From positions 7,521 to 71,520 of the forward strand of contig JAQTZP010000003.1 of the NCBI GenBank assembly GCA_028687715.1: a stretch of DNA of 64,000 nucleotides, read 5' to 3'. The stretch comes from Minisyncoccota bacterium. GTDB taxonomy: Bacteria; Patescibacteriota; Minisyncoccia; Minisyncoccales; GWA2-38-27. The stretch's first letter is position 1. Every line of letters starts with the position of its first letter. The notes under the pieces are model-generated. The model was not told the origin of the DNA. It ran no database searches and worked only from the letters and a program-made list of their open reading frames with translations. The translations under genes and the position numbers were made by a program. Below, one piece after another: positions 37,068-46,203 of the stretch.

Positions 37068-37667
37068 TTAGTATCTTAATACTTTTTCTTTTTTTCCTGT
37101 CAAATCAATAACCCTTGAAGGTTTATTATATCTTAAATTCCCGTTATCTATTATTAAATCAGGCTGATATTTAGAACTGATAAACTGAATAATCACTTCC
37201 TTTATCTTTGTTGAACAAGGTTTATCAGAGATATTAGCTGAAGTTCCTATCAATGGCTTATTGAACTTTTTAATCAGGATATTAACTAATCTGTAATCAG
37301 GCGCTCTTATGCCGATAGTGTTATCCTTGGCTATTGTCTGTTCTGCTAACTTGCAGTTATTTTTTGCTTTCAGTATAAAAGTGAATCTGCCGGGCCAGTG
37401 CTTTCTTAATATCTTTTCCTGTCTTCCGTCAATTACGGCTAATCTCTTGGCTGTTTTAATATCTTTTACAAACACAGGAAAAGGTTTGGTTCTCTTTCTT
37501 TTTTTTATTTTAAAGACTTTCTCAACTGCTCTTTTATTGGCTGCATCAGATAAAAGCCCGTAAACCGTATCTGTTGGAAAAACAACTGCCCCCTGATTCT
37601 TTAAAACCCTTAAAGCTCTTTTAATTATTTCTTTTTGAGGCACAAGGGATGTTTTTAAAACCTCCAT
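37068..37667 (-). CDS. tsaC: L-threonylcarbamoyladenylate synthase (YrdC/Sua5 domain)
   Basis: 199 aa with VVFPTDTVYGL and SANISD motifs. Confidence 0.85.
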   Translation of the reverse strand: MEVLKTSLVPQKEIIKRALRVLKNQGAVVFPTDTVYGLLSDAANKRAVEKVFKIKKRKRTKPFPVFVKDIKTAKRLAVIDGRQEKILRKHWPGRFTFILKAKNNCKLAEQTIAKDNTIGIRAPDYRLVNILIKKFNKPLIGTSANISDKPCSTKIKEVIIQFISSKYQPDLIIDNGNLRYNKPSRVIDLTGKKEKVLRY

Positions 37668-38439
37668 TTTTATTTAAAGCTCTTTTAAGGCTTGTGATGC
37701 TTTTTAAGAACTTGGAAACCTTGATAATATCTGCCGGGTTGCCGAAATCAAGCCATTTGTCTTTTAATTCTTTGATTTTAACTTTCTTTTCTTTGGCTAA
37801 AAGATTTATCGCATCAGTAATCTCATATTCTCCTCTTTTTGATTTCTTTATTTTAAAAACCTTGTCAAATATCTCATAGTTAAACCTGTAAAGGCCCGTG
37901 TTGATTAGGTTGCCTACAAACTCCTTGGGCTTTTCTATTATCTTTATCAGAAAATCTTTATCAGAAACCAAAACCCCGTATTTTTCAGGGTGTTCATTGT
38001 AAATCCCTCCGATATAATTGTATCTGTCGCCTTTATTTATAGCTTTTAAGTCTCTGACTGAATAAAGATTGTCTCCGCAAAGGTATATAAAAGTGTTCTT
38101 TCCAACTATATCCTTGACGCATTTTAAAGGACAAGCTGTGCCGTATTCTTTTTCTTTAGGACCTAAAATCTCATACTGGCTTACAACTATTATTCTATAA
38201 CCTCCTTTTTTCAAGCTTTTAAGAGGCGGCAGGTATTCTTTTAAAAAGTCTTTGATTAAATCCTCTTTGTACCCAACCACTAAAATCAATTCCCTATAGC
38301 CTGCCCTGAATAAATTATCAAGAAGATAAGACAGAAAAGGCCTCTTTCTAACTTTTATCAAATGCTTGCATTTATTGTTAGTCAAATGAAGCATTCTTGT
38401 TCCCTGTCCTGCTGCGGCAATTACTACTTTTTTTGTCAT
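37621..38439 (-). CDS. sugar-phosphate nucleotidyltransferase
   Basis: 272 aa with the N-terminal AAGQGTRM (GxGTR) motif. Confidence 0.75.
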   Translation of the reverse strand: MTKKVVIAAAGQGTRMLHLTNNKCKHLIKVRKRPFLSYLLDNLFRAGYRELILVVGYKEDLIKDFLKEYLPPLKSLKKGGYRIIVVSQYEILGPKEKEYGTACPLKCVKDIVGKNTFIYLCGDNLYSVRDLKAINKGDRYNYIGGIYNEHPEKYGVLVSDKDFLIKIIEKPKEFVGNLINTGLYRFNYEIFDKVFKIKKSKRGEYEITDAINLLAKEKKVKIKELKDKWLDFGNPADIIKVSKFLKSITSLKRALNKNGGFKNIPCASKRNN

Positions 38440-39005
38440 TGTTTTGAAAGCTTGAAAGCTTTCTTATTAAGCTCTACGTATTTCTCAGGCACTATTTTCT
38501 CAATCGCTTCTATTACAGAATCAGCTGATAGAGGTATTATTTTATTAAATACGCCTATCGATAAAAGATAGATGCCGCTTACTACTTCGCTGTCCAGCTT
38601 GTCTTTGCAAACCGATAAAGCATCAATGAGATATTTCCTTTTGATAGATATAGAGTTTATCTTTTTAATTGCTTCTTCTTTATCCAAAGCATCAGGATAA
38701 AAAAGCTGGTATTTATCTGAAATAACGGCTCCTTCGGGTTTTAAATAAAAGATATTTCTTAAAGCTTCGGTGATTTCAAGCCCGATAATTAAATCAGCTT
38801 TATTCTCAGTGATTAAAGGAGACCAGACGCGCTCTCCAAAACGGATATGAGTCTGGACGCTTCCTCCTCTTTGAGACAAGCCGTGGAGTTCTGAAGTTTT
38901 AACATCTTTTTTCTCAATCCTGCAGGCTTCAGCTATTATCTTGGTTAAAGTGATAAGGCCCTGTCCTCCAACTCCTGAAATAATGATATTGAAAGTTTTA
39001 TTCAT
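38436..39005 (-). CDS. 2-oxoacid (indolepyruvate):ferredoxin oxidoreductase gamma/beta-type subunit
   Basis: 189 aa. GVGGQGLIT is the N-terminus of the pyruvate/ketoisovalerate OR gamma family. It is coupled to the upstream alpha-like subunit. Confidence 0.7.
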   Translation of the reverse strand: MNKTFNIIISGVGGQGLITLTKIIAEACRIEKKDVKTSELHGLSQRGGSVQTHIRFGERVWSPLITENKADLIIGLEITEALRNIFYLKPEGAVISDKYQLFYPDALDKEEAIKKINSISIKRKYLIDALSVCKDKLDSEVVSGIYLLSIGVFNKIIPLSADSVIEAIEKIVPEKYVELNKKAFKLSKQ

Positions 39006-39009
39006 AGTT

Positions 39010-40638
39010 TTATGACTGCTTCTGTTTTCTTAAAATATATGCGCAGGTTCCTCTGGCAATTATCACAGAAACCTCATCTTTATTTAAGAATTCTTTAACA
39101 AAGGACTCAAGTTCTTTGACATTAGAGAAATTAACAACCTTTAAGTTCTTGACTCCGCAGGCTTTGACTATTTCTTCTATTTTTATCTCTGAAGTTGCTT
39201 CTCCCATTGCTGTTTTTCCTATGCCTGGATTTACCTGATGCCCGGTCATAGCAGTAATTCTGTTATCCATAATAATAATCAAAGGATTAGACTTGTTAAA
39301 AACCGCATTTATCAAAGCTGGTATGCCTGAATGGAAAAAAGTAGAATCTCCGATAAAAGCTATCAGTTTCTGGTTTGCAGATTTCTTAATCCCGTGAGCA
39401 ATTCCTATTGATGAACCCATTGAAAAAAGATAATCCTGCATATTATGGGGAGGAAAGCCGGAAAGCATATAGCATCCGATATCTCCTCCAAAAACAGCAT
39501 CTGGAGATGATTTCTTTACAGCAGAGAAAATAGTCCAGTAAGGGCATCCTGTGCATAATCTGGGAAACCTTTTAGCTAAATTAAAAGAAATAACCTCAGG
39601 CTTTTTATACTTTCTCTTTAAAATCTTAGAAAGAGCGAAAACAACCTTTTCTGAATCAAGCTCTCCAATAAAAAGAAGAACATCTTTTCCAAATACCCTG
39701 ACCTTGCAATTGGTATCCTTTGCCAGGGCCATTACTTCTTTCTCCAAGTATCCTTCAAGCTCTTCAACAATTAAAACATTATCAATGTTTTTAATGAAAT
39801 CTTTAATGCTTTTTTCAGCCAAAGGATAAAAAGAGCCTATCTTTAAAACAGGCAGCTTTAGATTCATCTGGTCTAAAGCTTCTTTGACATAAAGATAGCA
39901 AATGCCCGAACATATAATACCTAAGGATTTTGACGACTTGATGTCTTCTGTTTTGTTTATCTTCTCTATATAAGGCTTTATCTTGTCTAATTTCTCAAAC
40001 AGCTCTTTTTTCATCTCCAAAACTCTTGGAGGCATTGTCACAAACCTTCTTACATCTTTTTCAAACCTCCCTTTAGCTTTAGAATTGTTTATCTCTGACC
40101 TGCAGACAAGCATTCTCTGATGAGCCACCCTGGTAGTAATCCTTAAAATCACAGGAATACTGAACTTCTCTGATATCTCAAATCCTAATTTAGTGAAGTC
40201 TTTCGCTTCTTGGGCGTCAGAAGGCTCAAGTATTGGAATGTGGGACAGATATGCAAAACCCCTTGAATTCTCTTCTGACTGGGCTGAACTAAAGCAAGAA
40301 GGATCATCAGCCACAACTATTACCGCAGGACCCTTAGTGCCGGTATAGGCAAAAGGCATAAGACTGTCTGATGCTACATTTAATCCGAAATTCTTCATTG
40401 CAACCAAAGACTTAAGGCCTGAAAAGCTGGCTCCAATAGCGGCTTCTAAAGCAACCTTTTCATTAGTTGAAACTTCAAAATAGACTCCATGATCCTTGGC
40501 AATCTCGGAAAAAACATCTCCTATTTCAGAGCTTGGAGTGCCTGGATAAACAGAAACAAAATCAACGCCTGACTCTAAGGCGCCCCAAACAATAGCCTCG
40601 TTTCCCAAAAGTATCTCTTTGTTAATGCATTTTTTCAT
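39010..40638 (-). CDS. indolepyruvate:ferredoxin oxidoreductase alpha-like subunit (TPP-dependent)
   Basis: 542 aa. The N-terminal GNEAIVWGALESGVDFVSVYPGTPSSEI and the TPP region GDSTFFHSG are present. Confidence 0.75.
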   Translation of the reverse strand: MKKCINKEILLGNEAIVWGALESGVDFVSVYPGTPSSEIGDVFSEIAKDHGVYFEVSTNEKVALEAAIGASFSGLKSLVAMKNFGLNVASDSLMPFAYTGTKGPAVIVVADDPSCFSSAQSEENSRGFAYLSHIPILEPSDAQEAKDFTKLGFEISEKFSIPVILRITTRVAHQRMLVCRSEINNSKAKGRFEKDVRRFVTMPPRVLEMKKELFEKLDKIKPYIEKINKTEDIKSSKSLGIICSGICYLYVKEALDQMNLKLPVLKIGSFYPLAEKSIKDFIKNIDNVLIVEELEGYLEKEVMALAKDTNCKVRVFGKDVLLFIGELDSEKVVFALSKILKRKYKKPEVISFNLAKRFPRLCTGCPYWTIFSAVKKSSPDAVFGGDIGCYMLSGFPPHNMQDYLFSMGSSIGIAHGIKKSANQKLIAFIGDSTFFHSGIPALINAVFNKSNPLIIIMDNRITAMTGHQVNPGIGKTAMGEATSEIKIEEIVKACGVKNLKVVNFSNVKELESFVKEFLNKDEVSVIIARGTCAYILRKQKQS

Positions 40639-40657
40639 AAAAATAGATTACTTGAAA

Positions 40658-43153
40658 TTAAACTACTATATTAATTAATTTATTCTTAACAAATATTATC
40701 TTTTTAATTTTTTTGCCCTGCATCCATTTATTAACCTTTTCTGTTTTTAATACTGTTTCTTTTGCATTGTCTTCAGAAATATCTTGGCCAACCTCTATCT
40801 TGTCTCTCACTTTTCCGTTAATCTGAACTATTAACAGAACCTTATCTTCTCTAATGAATTCCTCATCATGCTTAGGCCACTTCTGGGAAAAGCATAGTCC
40901 TTTAAAGCCAGATTCTTCCCAAAGCTCTTCTGATATATGAGGGGCAAAAACAGAAAGAATAATCAAGAACTTTTTAAAATCATCTTTATCCAAGCCTGTT
41001 TTTTCCTTGTGCCATTTATTTATAAACTCCATCAAAGCACTTACCGCAGTGTTGAATTTCAAAGAGTCAATATCAAGAGAAACCTTTTTTATTGTTTTGT
41101 GCAGCAATCTTTTAAGCTCGCTGTCTTTAGCTTCTATCTTAGATGGAAGCTTATACACCCTTTGTAAAAACCTATAAATTCCAACAATTCCTTTTGTGTC
41201 CCATATAGCAGCCTGTTCAAAAGGGCCTATAAACATTTCATAAACTCTTAAGGCGTCTGCCCCGTATTTATTTATAACTTCATCCGGGTTGATGACATTG
41301 CCTTTGGATTTTGACATCTTTATCATTTTTTCCCCTAAAATCATGCCGTGAGAGGTTCTCTTTCTGTAAGGTTCCGGGCCTATGGATTTAGGCACGACTC
41401 CAATATCCCAAAGGAATTTATAAATAAAGCGGGAGTATAAAAGGTGGAGGGTGGTATGCTCCATTCCTCCGTTATACCAGTCAACCGGCATCCAGTAGCT
41501 GAGAGGTTTTTTGCCAGCCAGCTCATTGTTGTTATATGGGTCGCAGTAGCGCAAATAATACCAGTTAGAGCCTGCCCAATTAGGCATTACATCAGTTTCT
41601 CTTTGAGCCTGTTTTTGGCACTTAGGACATTTAACTTCTAAAAAGTCTTTATTCTTTGCCAAAGGAGATTCCCCTTTTTCCGTAGGCTTGTATTCTTTTA
41701 CTTCAGGGAGAACAAGGGGCAGGTCTTTTTCCTCTACTGGAATTATTTCATATTTTATGCCTTCTTTTACTATATAATCATAGCCTTCTCTCGCTTCATC
41801 TTTTTCTTTTTTCAGCTTTTTTTCCCAGCAATAAGAGCAGTAAATAATGGGTATTGGTTCTCCCCAATAGCGCTGCCTTGAAAAAATCCAATCCCTCAAT
41901 TTATAATATACCTTATTTTCTGCTAAACCCTTATTGCTTAGCCATTTGGCTATTTTATCCTTAGCTCTTTTAGAGTCCATGCCGCTAAATCTCTCGGAAT
42001 TAACCAAGAATCCTTCTCCTTCATACGCCTTGTCATAATCAAACTTCTGGCCTTTATTATCTCTAATTACTTCAATAATAGAAAGATTATATCTTTTAGC
42101 AAAATCAAAATCCCTTTTATCATGAGCCGGAACCGCCATTATGGCTCCGGTGCCGTAATTAATCAAAACGTAATCTGCGACAAAAACAGGTATCTCTTTT
42201 CCGTTTGCCGGGTTTACTGCTTTTATCCCAATCAGCTCTACTCCGGTTTTCTCTTTTATCTCTGAAATCCTTTCTCTTTCCAGCTTGCTCTTAGCCTTTT
42301 CAATATAGCTTTTTACAATTCTGTAATTTTTAATTCTGTCTTTTAATTTCTCTATTAATTGATGCTCTGGAGCTAAAACCAAATAAGTGCACCCGAATAA
42401 AGTATCTATCCTTGTGGTAAAAACACTTGCTGAAAGAGTGGTTTTAGAAATCTTAAACTTAACCTCTAGTCCCTGGCTCTTGCCTATCCATTCCTTCTGG
42501 CCTATTTTCACCCTTTCAGGATAATCAACCAAGCCTAAATCATCAATTAATCTTTGGGCATATTCTGTAATTTTTATCAGCCACTGCTCTTTTTCCTTTT
42601 TAACAACATTAAAGCCGCATCTCTCGCATTTTCCATCGAGCACTTCTTCGTTAGCCAGCCCAATCTTACAGGAAGGACACCAGTTAATATCCATTTTTGC
42701 TTTATAGGACAGGCCTTTCTTAAAAAGCTGGATGAATATCCACTGAGTCCATTTGTAGTACAACGGATCTGAAGTATTAATTTCTCTTGAAAAATCAAAG
42801 GAAAGACCTATTCTTTTTTGCTGTTTTCTGAATTTATCAGTATTATTTAAAGTAGCGGCAGCTGGATGAATCCCTGTCTTAATAGCATAGTTTTCTGTAG
42901 GAAGCCCAAAGGCATCCCAGCCCATTGGAAATAATACATTAAATCCTTCTAATCTCTTTTTTCTGGCAATAACATCCAGACCAATATAGCTTCGGCAGTG
43001 GCCCACATGAAGCCCTTCCCCGGAAGGATATGGGAATTCAACAAGAACATAGAATTTTTTAGAGCCTGAACTATCTTTTGCCTTAAAAACATCCGAGCTG
43101 TACCACTTATTCTGCCATTTTTTCTCTATTTTCTTAGGATTATACTTTCTCAT
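40658..43153 (-). CDS. leuS: leucine--tRNA ligase
   Basis: 831 aa with class I HVGH (LHVGHCRSY) and KMSKS motifs. Confidence 0.95.
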   Translation of the reverse strand: MRKYNPKKIEKKWQNKWYSSDVFKAKDSSGSKKFYVLVEFPYPSGEGLHVGHCRSYIGLDVIARKKRLEGFNVLFPMGWDAFGLPTENYAIKTGIHPAAATLNNTDKFRKQQKRIGLSFDFSREINTSDPLYYKWTQWIFIQLFKKGLSYKAKMDINWCPSCKIGLANEEVLDGKCERCGFNVVKKEKEQWLIKITEYAQRLIDDLGLVDYPERVKIGQKEWIGKSQGLEVKFKISKTTLSASVFTTRIDTLFGCTYLVLAPEHQLIEKLKDRIKNYRIVKSYIEKAKSKLERERISEIKEKTGVELIGIKAVNPANGKEIPVFVADYVLINYGTGAIMAVPAHDKRDFDFAKRYNLSIIEVIRDNKGQKFDYDKAYEGEGFLVNSERFSGMDSKRAKDKIAKWLSNKGLAENKVYYKLRDWIFSRQRYWGEPIPIIYCSYCWEKKLKKEKDEAREGYDYIVKEGIKYEIIPVEEKDLPLVLPEVKEYKPTEKGESPLAKNKDFLEVKCPKCQKQAQRETDVMPNWAGSNWYYLRYCDPYNNNELAGKKPLSYWMPVDWYNGGMEHTTLHLLYSRFIYKFLWDIGVVPKSIGPEPYRKRTSHGMILGEKMIKMSKSKGNVINPDEVINKYGADALRVYEMFIGPFEQAAIWDTKGIVGIYRFLQRVYKLPSKIEAKDSELKRLLHKTIKKVSLDIDSLKFNTAVSALMEFINKWHKEKTGLDKDDFKKFLIILSVFAPHISEELWEESGFKGLCFSQKWPKHDEEFIREDKVLLIVQINGKVRDKIEVGQDISEDNAKETVLKTEKVNKWMQGKKIKKIIFVKNKLINIVV

Positions 43154-43195
43154 AACTTATTTTATATAATAGCACGATAAAAAAGAGTCATCAAT

Positions 43196-44011
43196 TTATA
43201 GCTTAAACAGCTTTGCCGCATTCTCAAATGTCATATCAGCTGTTTCTTTAAAGCTTATTCCTTTAAGCTCAGCTATTCTTTCAATGATATATTTTACAAA
43301 TAAAGGTTCGTTGCGGCTTGCTTTTGCTTTATAAGGAGTAAGATAAGGGCAATCTGTCTCAACCAAGATTCTATCCATAGGAGCCTTTTTAATTACTTCA
43401 TTAAGGTCTAATTTAAAGATTATTCCGTTAAACCCTAAATAATAACCCATATTAAGATATTTCTCGGCATCATCCCAAGCGCCTGTAAAGCAGTGGATTA
43501 CCCCTTTTAAACTTCCATCAAGAATATCAATTAAATCATTGTGCGCCATCCTTGAGTGCAGTATCACTGGCAGATTAAGCTCTTTTGCTAAATCCAACTG
43601 CTTTAGAAAAACCTCTTTCTGCTTATTCTTAAACAATTCTAATTTATTATTTGCTTTTGGGCGATAATAATAATCAAGACCTATCTCTCCTATTGCAACC
43701 ACCTTATCATTTAAAGCAAGCTCTTTGTAGTTATTGATGTCAAAGTCTTCTTGATTGATTGCAAACCCTCCTTCTTCTTTATCAGCTCTTACTTTTACAA
43801 ATTCACTGGCAGAATAAATAGGGTGAAGCCCTACTGCCGCATAAACGCCTCTGTTATACTTTTCGGCAATCTCTACTGCTTTTTTGCTGGTCTCATATTT
43901 TGAGCCAACATTAATCATCCAGATATCATCTGATAAGGTTTTTGATATGACAGAAGCTAAATCTTTATTATACGCATTGAAATTAAGATGGGCGTGGGTA
44001 TCTATTATCAT
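43196..44011 (-). CDS. tatD: TatD family metal-dependent hydrolase
   Basis: The MIIDTHAHL start at 44011 is preferred. The track ORF start at 44071 would run through the csrA terminator. Confidence 0.85.
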   Translation of the reverse strand: MIIDTHAHLNFNAYNKDLASVISKTLSDDIWMINVGSKYETSKKAVEIAEKYNRGVYAAVGLHPIYSASEFVKVRADKEEGGFAINQEDFDINNYKELALNDKVVAIGEIGLDYYYRPKANNKLELFKNKQKEVFLKQLDLAKELNLPVILHSRMAHNDLIDILDGSLKGVIHCFTGAWDDAEKYLNMGYYLGFNGIIFKLDLNEVIKKAPMDRILVETDCPYLTPYKAKASRNEPLFVKYIIERIAELKGISFKETADMTFENAAKLFKL

Positions 44012-44063
44012 AATTAATTGGTGTATTTTAGCTGAATTGGGAAATAAACTCAAATAATAACAA

Positions 44064-44086
44064 AGCGGCAAAGTCTTTTTGCCGCT
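44064..44086 (-). terminator. csrA terminator
   Basis: AGCGGCAAA/TTTGCCGCT 9-bp stem followed by TTGTTATTATTT on the minus strand. Confidence 0.6.
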
Positions 44087-44112
44087 AAAATGAGAATGAG
44101 AAGAGAATGAGC

Positions 44113-44289
44113 CTACGCCCTCTTGGCGTGATGAATTGCCTCAAGAATCTCTTTCCTGTGCACAGGAATATCCTTGGGCGCGTCAATGCCCAACCTGACG
44201 CTCTTGCCGTAGATGGCAAGGACAACGACTGACACCCTGTTTTCTCCGATGACGATTGACTGACCCTTCTTCCTTGAAAGCACCAACAT
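44113..44289 (-). CDS. csrA: carbon storage regulator CsrA (post-transcriptional RNA-binding regulator)
   Basis: Not in the ORF track (58 aa). Hand translation gives MLVLSRKKGQSIVIGENRVSVVVLAIYGKSVRLGIDAPKDIPVHRKEILEAIHHAKRA*, with the family-defining MLVLSRK, LGIDAPK and HRKEI. Confidence 0.9.
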   Translation of the reverse strand: MLVLSRKKGQSIVIGENRVSVVVLAIYGKSVRLGIDAPKDIPVHRKEILEAIHHAKRA

Positions 44290-44316
44290 TTCCCTTTCCT
44301 TTCCAAAGAGTTAAAC

Positions 44317-44339
44317 TTCTCAGATTCCCGTTCTGAGAA
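44317..44339 (-). promoter_or_regulatory. 5' UTR hairpin presenting GGGA in its loop, plus a GGA-rich SD region (possible CsrA autoregulation sites)
   Basis: The minus strand reads TTCTCAGA-ACGGGAA-TCTGAGAA (8-bp stem). Downstream, GGAAAGGAAAGGGAAATG overlaps the SD and start codon. Confidence 0.4.
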
Positions 44340-44353
44340 AAGAACTAATTTCT

Positions 44354-44381
44354 ATCTTACTGGAATTTAAGGGATTGTCAA
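44354..44381 (-). promoter_or_regulatory. sigma70-like promoter TTGACA-N16-TAAGAT for csrA
   Basis: The -35 element overlaps the stop codon of the upstream permease gene. Confidence 0.5.
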
Positions 44382-45508
44382 GGTTTTAGAAAATATACTG
44401 CCTCAAAAATAATGCCCAAGATAAAGATGAAAACAAGGAAGTAATTAATCGGGTTCATTTTAAAAGACCTTTTCATCAGAAATGCCCTATAAAGAAATAC
44501 AATAACAATGCCTTCAATACCCAAAGACACAGCTCCTAAAAACCCTATTATCTTAATATACTCCCTTAGGCCTAAAAGAAAAAGAATAAAAGGAATAAAG
44601 CAGGTAAAAAGCCAGGAAAGCCCTTTATTTATGCCAAAGTCATAATTAAGCATCTTTTTCAAGGTCAGGGCAATTGTTAGAAAAGAAGTAAAACAGCATA
44701 AAAGTCCGAAAATAAAGCCCAGGCCTAATATATTTACGCCAAGCTTATCAACCAATCCGGATATTGCTTCTTTTGAGGTTGAAGGCCCTGATACGCCAAG
44801 GGTTATAAAGATAAAGAATAGGTATAGAAAAGCTGAGAAAACAATTCCCAGCGCTATTATCTTTTTTAAGTTTTTGCTTAAAAGATTCTTACCCATTTCC
44901 CTTTTAAGCATTTCTTTGATTTCAGGAATAATGGAAGCTCCCCAAAGAGAAAAAAGAACCACTCCATAGGGAAAAGTAAAAAAGGCTGAATCAATCTTTT
45001 TAAAATAATCTGTGTTTATAAAAGAATAGGAGGTTATGAAAAAAAGAGAGAGGATGAATATGAGTATAAATACCAGCAAAAGCTCTATTTTAGAAATGCT
45101 CTTTATGTCCCTATAAACTAAATAAGAGCCGAAAAGAAAGAATATAAGGGTGTATAAAACAGGGCTTCCTCCAAATATGGGGTAAAGTAAAGAAAACAAG
45201 AAATCTCCTCCAACAATCAGATAGGCAATAAGAGAGCCTCCCAAACCTATTAACCCTATAACAAATACCGACCTCTTCCACCCTGCTCCCAAATATTCTT
45301 CTGTATAACCAGTAAGCCGGTGGATTTTCTCTGTCTTTAAAACAACTTCTGCGTAAAGAAAATGAACCCAGACAACAACACCTGCCATTGATATTAAATA
45401 AACAGCGGTAATAAAAAAGCCGGCTTTCAAAGCCACAAAAGGCAAACTAAATATGCCTACGCCTATTACTGTTCCCAAGAAAACAGCAAGCGATTTAGCC
45501 AAGACCAT
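44378..45508 (-). CDS. amino acid permease (aromatic amino acid transporter-like)
   Basis: 376-aa protein with about 11 TM helices. This is a family-level call only. Confidence 0.6.
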   Translation of the reverse strand: MVLAKSLAVFLGTVIGVGIFSLPFVALKAGFFITAVYLISMAGVVVWVHFLYAEVVLKTEKIHRLTGYTEEYLGAGWKRSVFVIGLIGLGGSLIAYLIVGGDFLFSLLYPIFGGSPVLYTLIFFLFGSYLVYRDIKSISKIELLLVFILIFILSLFFITSYSFINTDYFKKIDSAFFTFPYGVVLFSLWGASIIPEIKEMLKREMGKNLLSKNLKKIIALGIVFSAFLYLFFIFITLGVSGPSTSKEAISGLVDKLGVNILGLGFIFGLLCCFTSFLTIALTLKKMLNYDFGINKGLSWLFTCFIPFILFLLGLREYIKIIGFLGAVSLGIEGIVIVFLYRAFLMKRSFKMNPINYFLVFIFILGIIFEAVYFLKP

Positions 45509-45525
45509 TTCTTTGTCTTTTAACG

Positions 45526-45819
45526 CTAAATTTTATACACCTTATACCCTTCCCTTACCTTATCTTTTACCTTTAAGCCAATAGAAGAGCCTTTCTTGGC
45601 TGTTTTAATCTTTTTATGCTCGTATTCCATTGACTTTACCGATTGAGTAAAATCAGTCTCTTCTCCGCCTGCAATTCTAATCTTGTCTCCAACAGAAAGC
45701 CCTGATGAAAGTTTAATAACCGCTACTTCAATTTTTGAAAAATAATGGGTTATTCTCCCTATGGGCTTGCCTTCTTTTTTAGCGCTTTTTGAAGCCTTTG
45801 CGGTTTTCTTCTTTGCCAT
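45526..45819 (-). CDS. translation elongation factor-like small protein (EF-Tu domain 2-like barrel)
   Basis: A start at ATG 45819 (MAKKKTAKAS...) is preferred over the TTG at 45879. IGRITHYFSKIEVAVIKLSSGLSVGDKIRI...GLKV...REGYKVYK is the family pattern. Confidence 0.6.
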   Translation of the reverse strand: MAKKKTAKASKSAKKEGKPIGRITHYFSKIEVAVIKLSSGLSVGDKIRIAGGEETDFTQSVKSMEYEHKKIKTAKKGSSIGLKVKDKVREGYKVYKI

Positions 45820-45893
45820 ATTATATAGCCTGTTTAAGGCTGATTTAAAAACCCGACCTTTATTAAAGTAATTATACAATAAAGAAACTAAAA

Positions 45894-46066
45894 ATGGAAA
45901 CCTAAAAAAATTAAGTTTCCATTTTTAATGAGGGAGGCGAGATTTAACGAACTCGGTTGAACTTCAAAGCTGGTGTTAGGACAAGTTCCAGAGACGTCTT
46001 TGAACCTCCTCCATTAAATCTCGTTGTCCTTTTGGGAATATTCTTTTAATATCCCGCACCCCCTCA
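45894..46066 (-). ncRNA. candidate structured small RNA (unknown family) with its own promoter and terminator
   Basis: A TTGACA-N18-TAAGAT promoter lies at 46073-46102. Nested helices are 46059-46066/45929-45936 (8 bp) and 46014-46023/45938-45947 (10 bp), plus hairpins. The terminator ATGGAAAC...GTTTCCAT+TTTTT is at 45894-45922. Several ANGGA motifs are present. Confidence 0.35.
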
Positions 46067-46072
46067 ATTTTA

Positions 46073-46102
46073 ATCTTACAATAAGTTGAAAATCCTTGTC
46101 AA
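46073..46102 (-). promoter_or_regulatory. sigma70-like promoter TTGACA-N18-TAAGAT for the candidate sRNA
   Basis: The minus strand reads TTGACAaggattttcaacttattgTAAGAT. Confidence 0.4.
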
Positions 46103-46203
46103 TATATTGCTGTAAAACAAAAGCCCTTCACAAATCGTCAAAATGACAAGATGCAAAGGGCAAAAGTCCAAGGTCAAAGAGCAAAAGATCAAAGACCAAA
46201 GGA

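Noticed and set aside
44085-44306. 73-aa ORF from the track (MERKGKCWCFQGRR...).
   Set aside because: It is a wrong-frame reading of the csrA locus. The 58-aa frame (44113-44289) gives a textbook CsrA sequence.
45820-45879. TTG-initiated 20-codon N-terminal extension of the EF-like small protein.
   Set aside because: The extension covers a TATAAT-like element and a hairpin. The family-typical sequence begins at MAKKK (ATG 45819).
45981-46019. 12-codon mini-ORF (MEEVQRRLWNLS) inside the candidate sRNA.
   Set aside because: It is too short, has a poorly spaced SD, and lies within predicted helices. It is noted only as a possible leader peptide.
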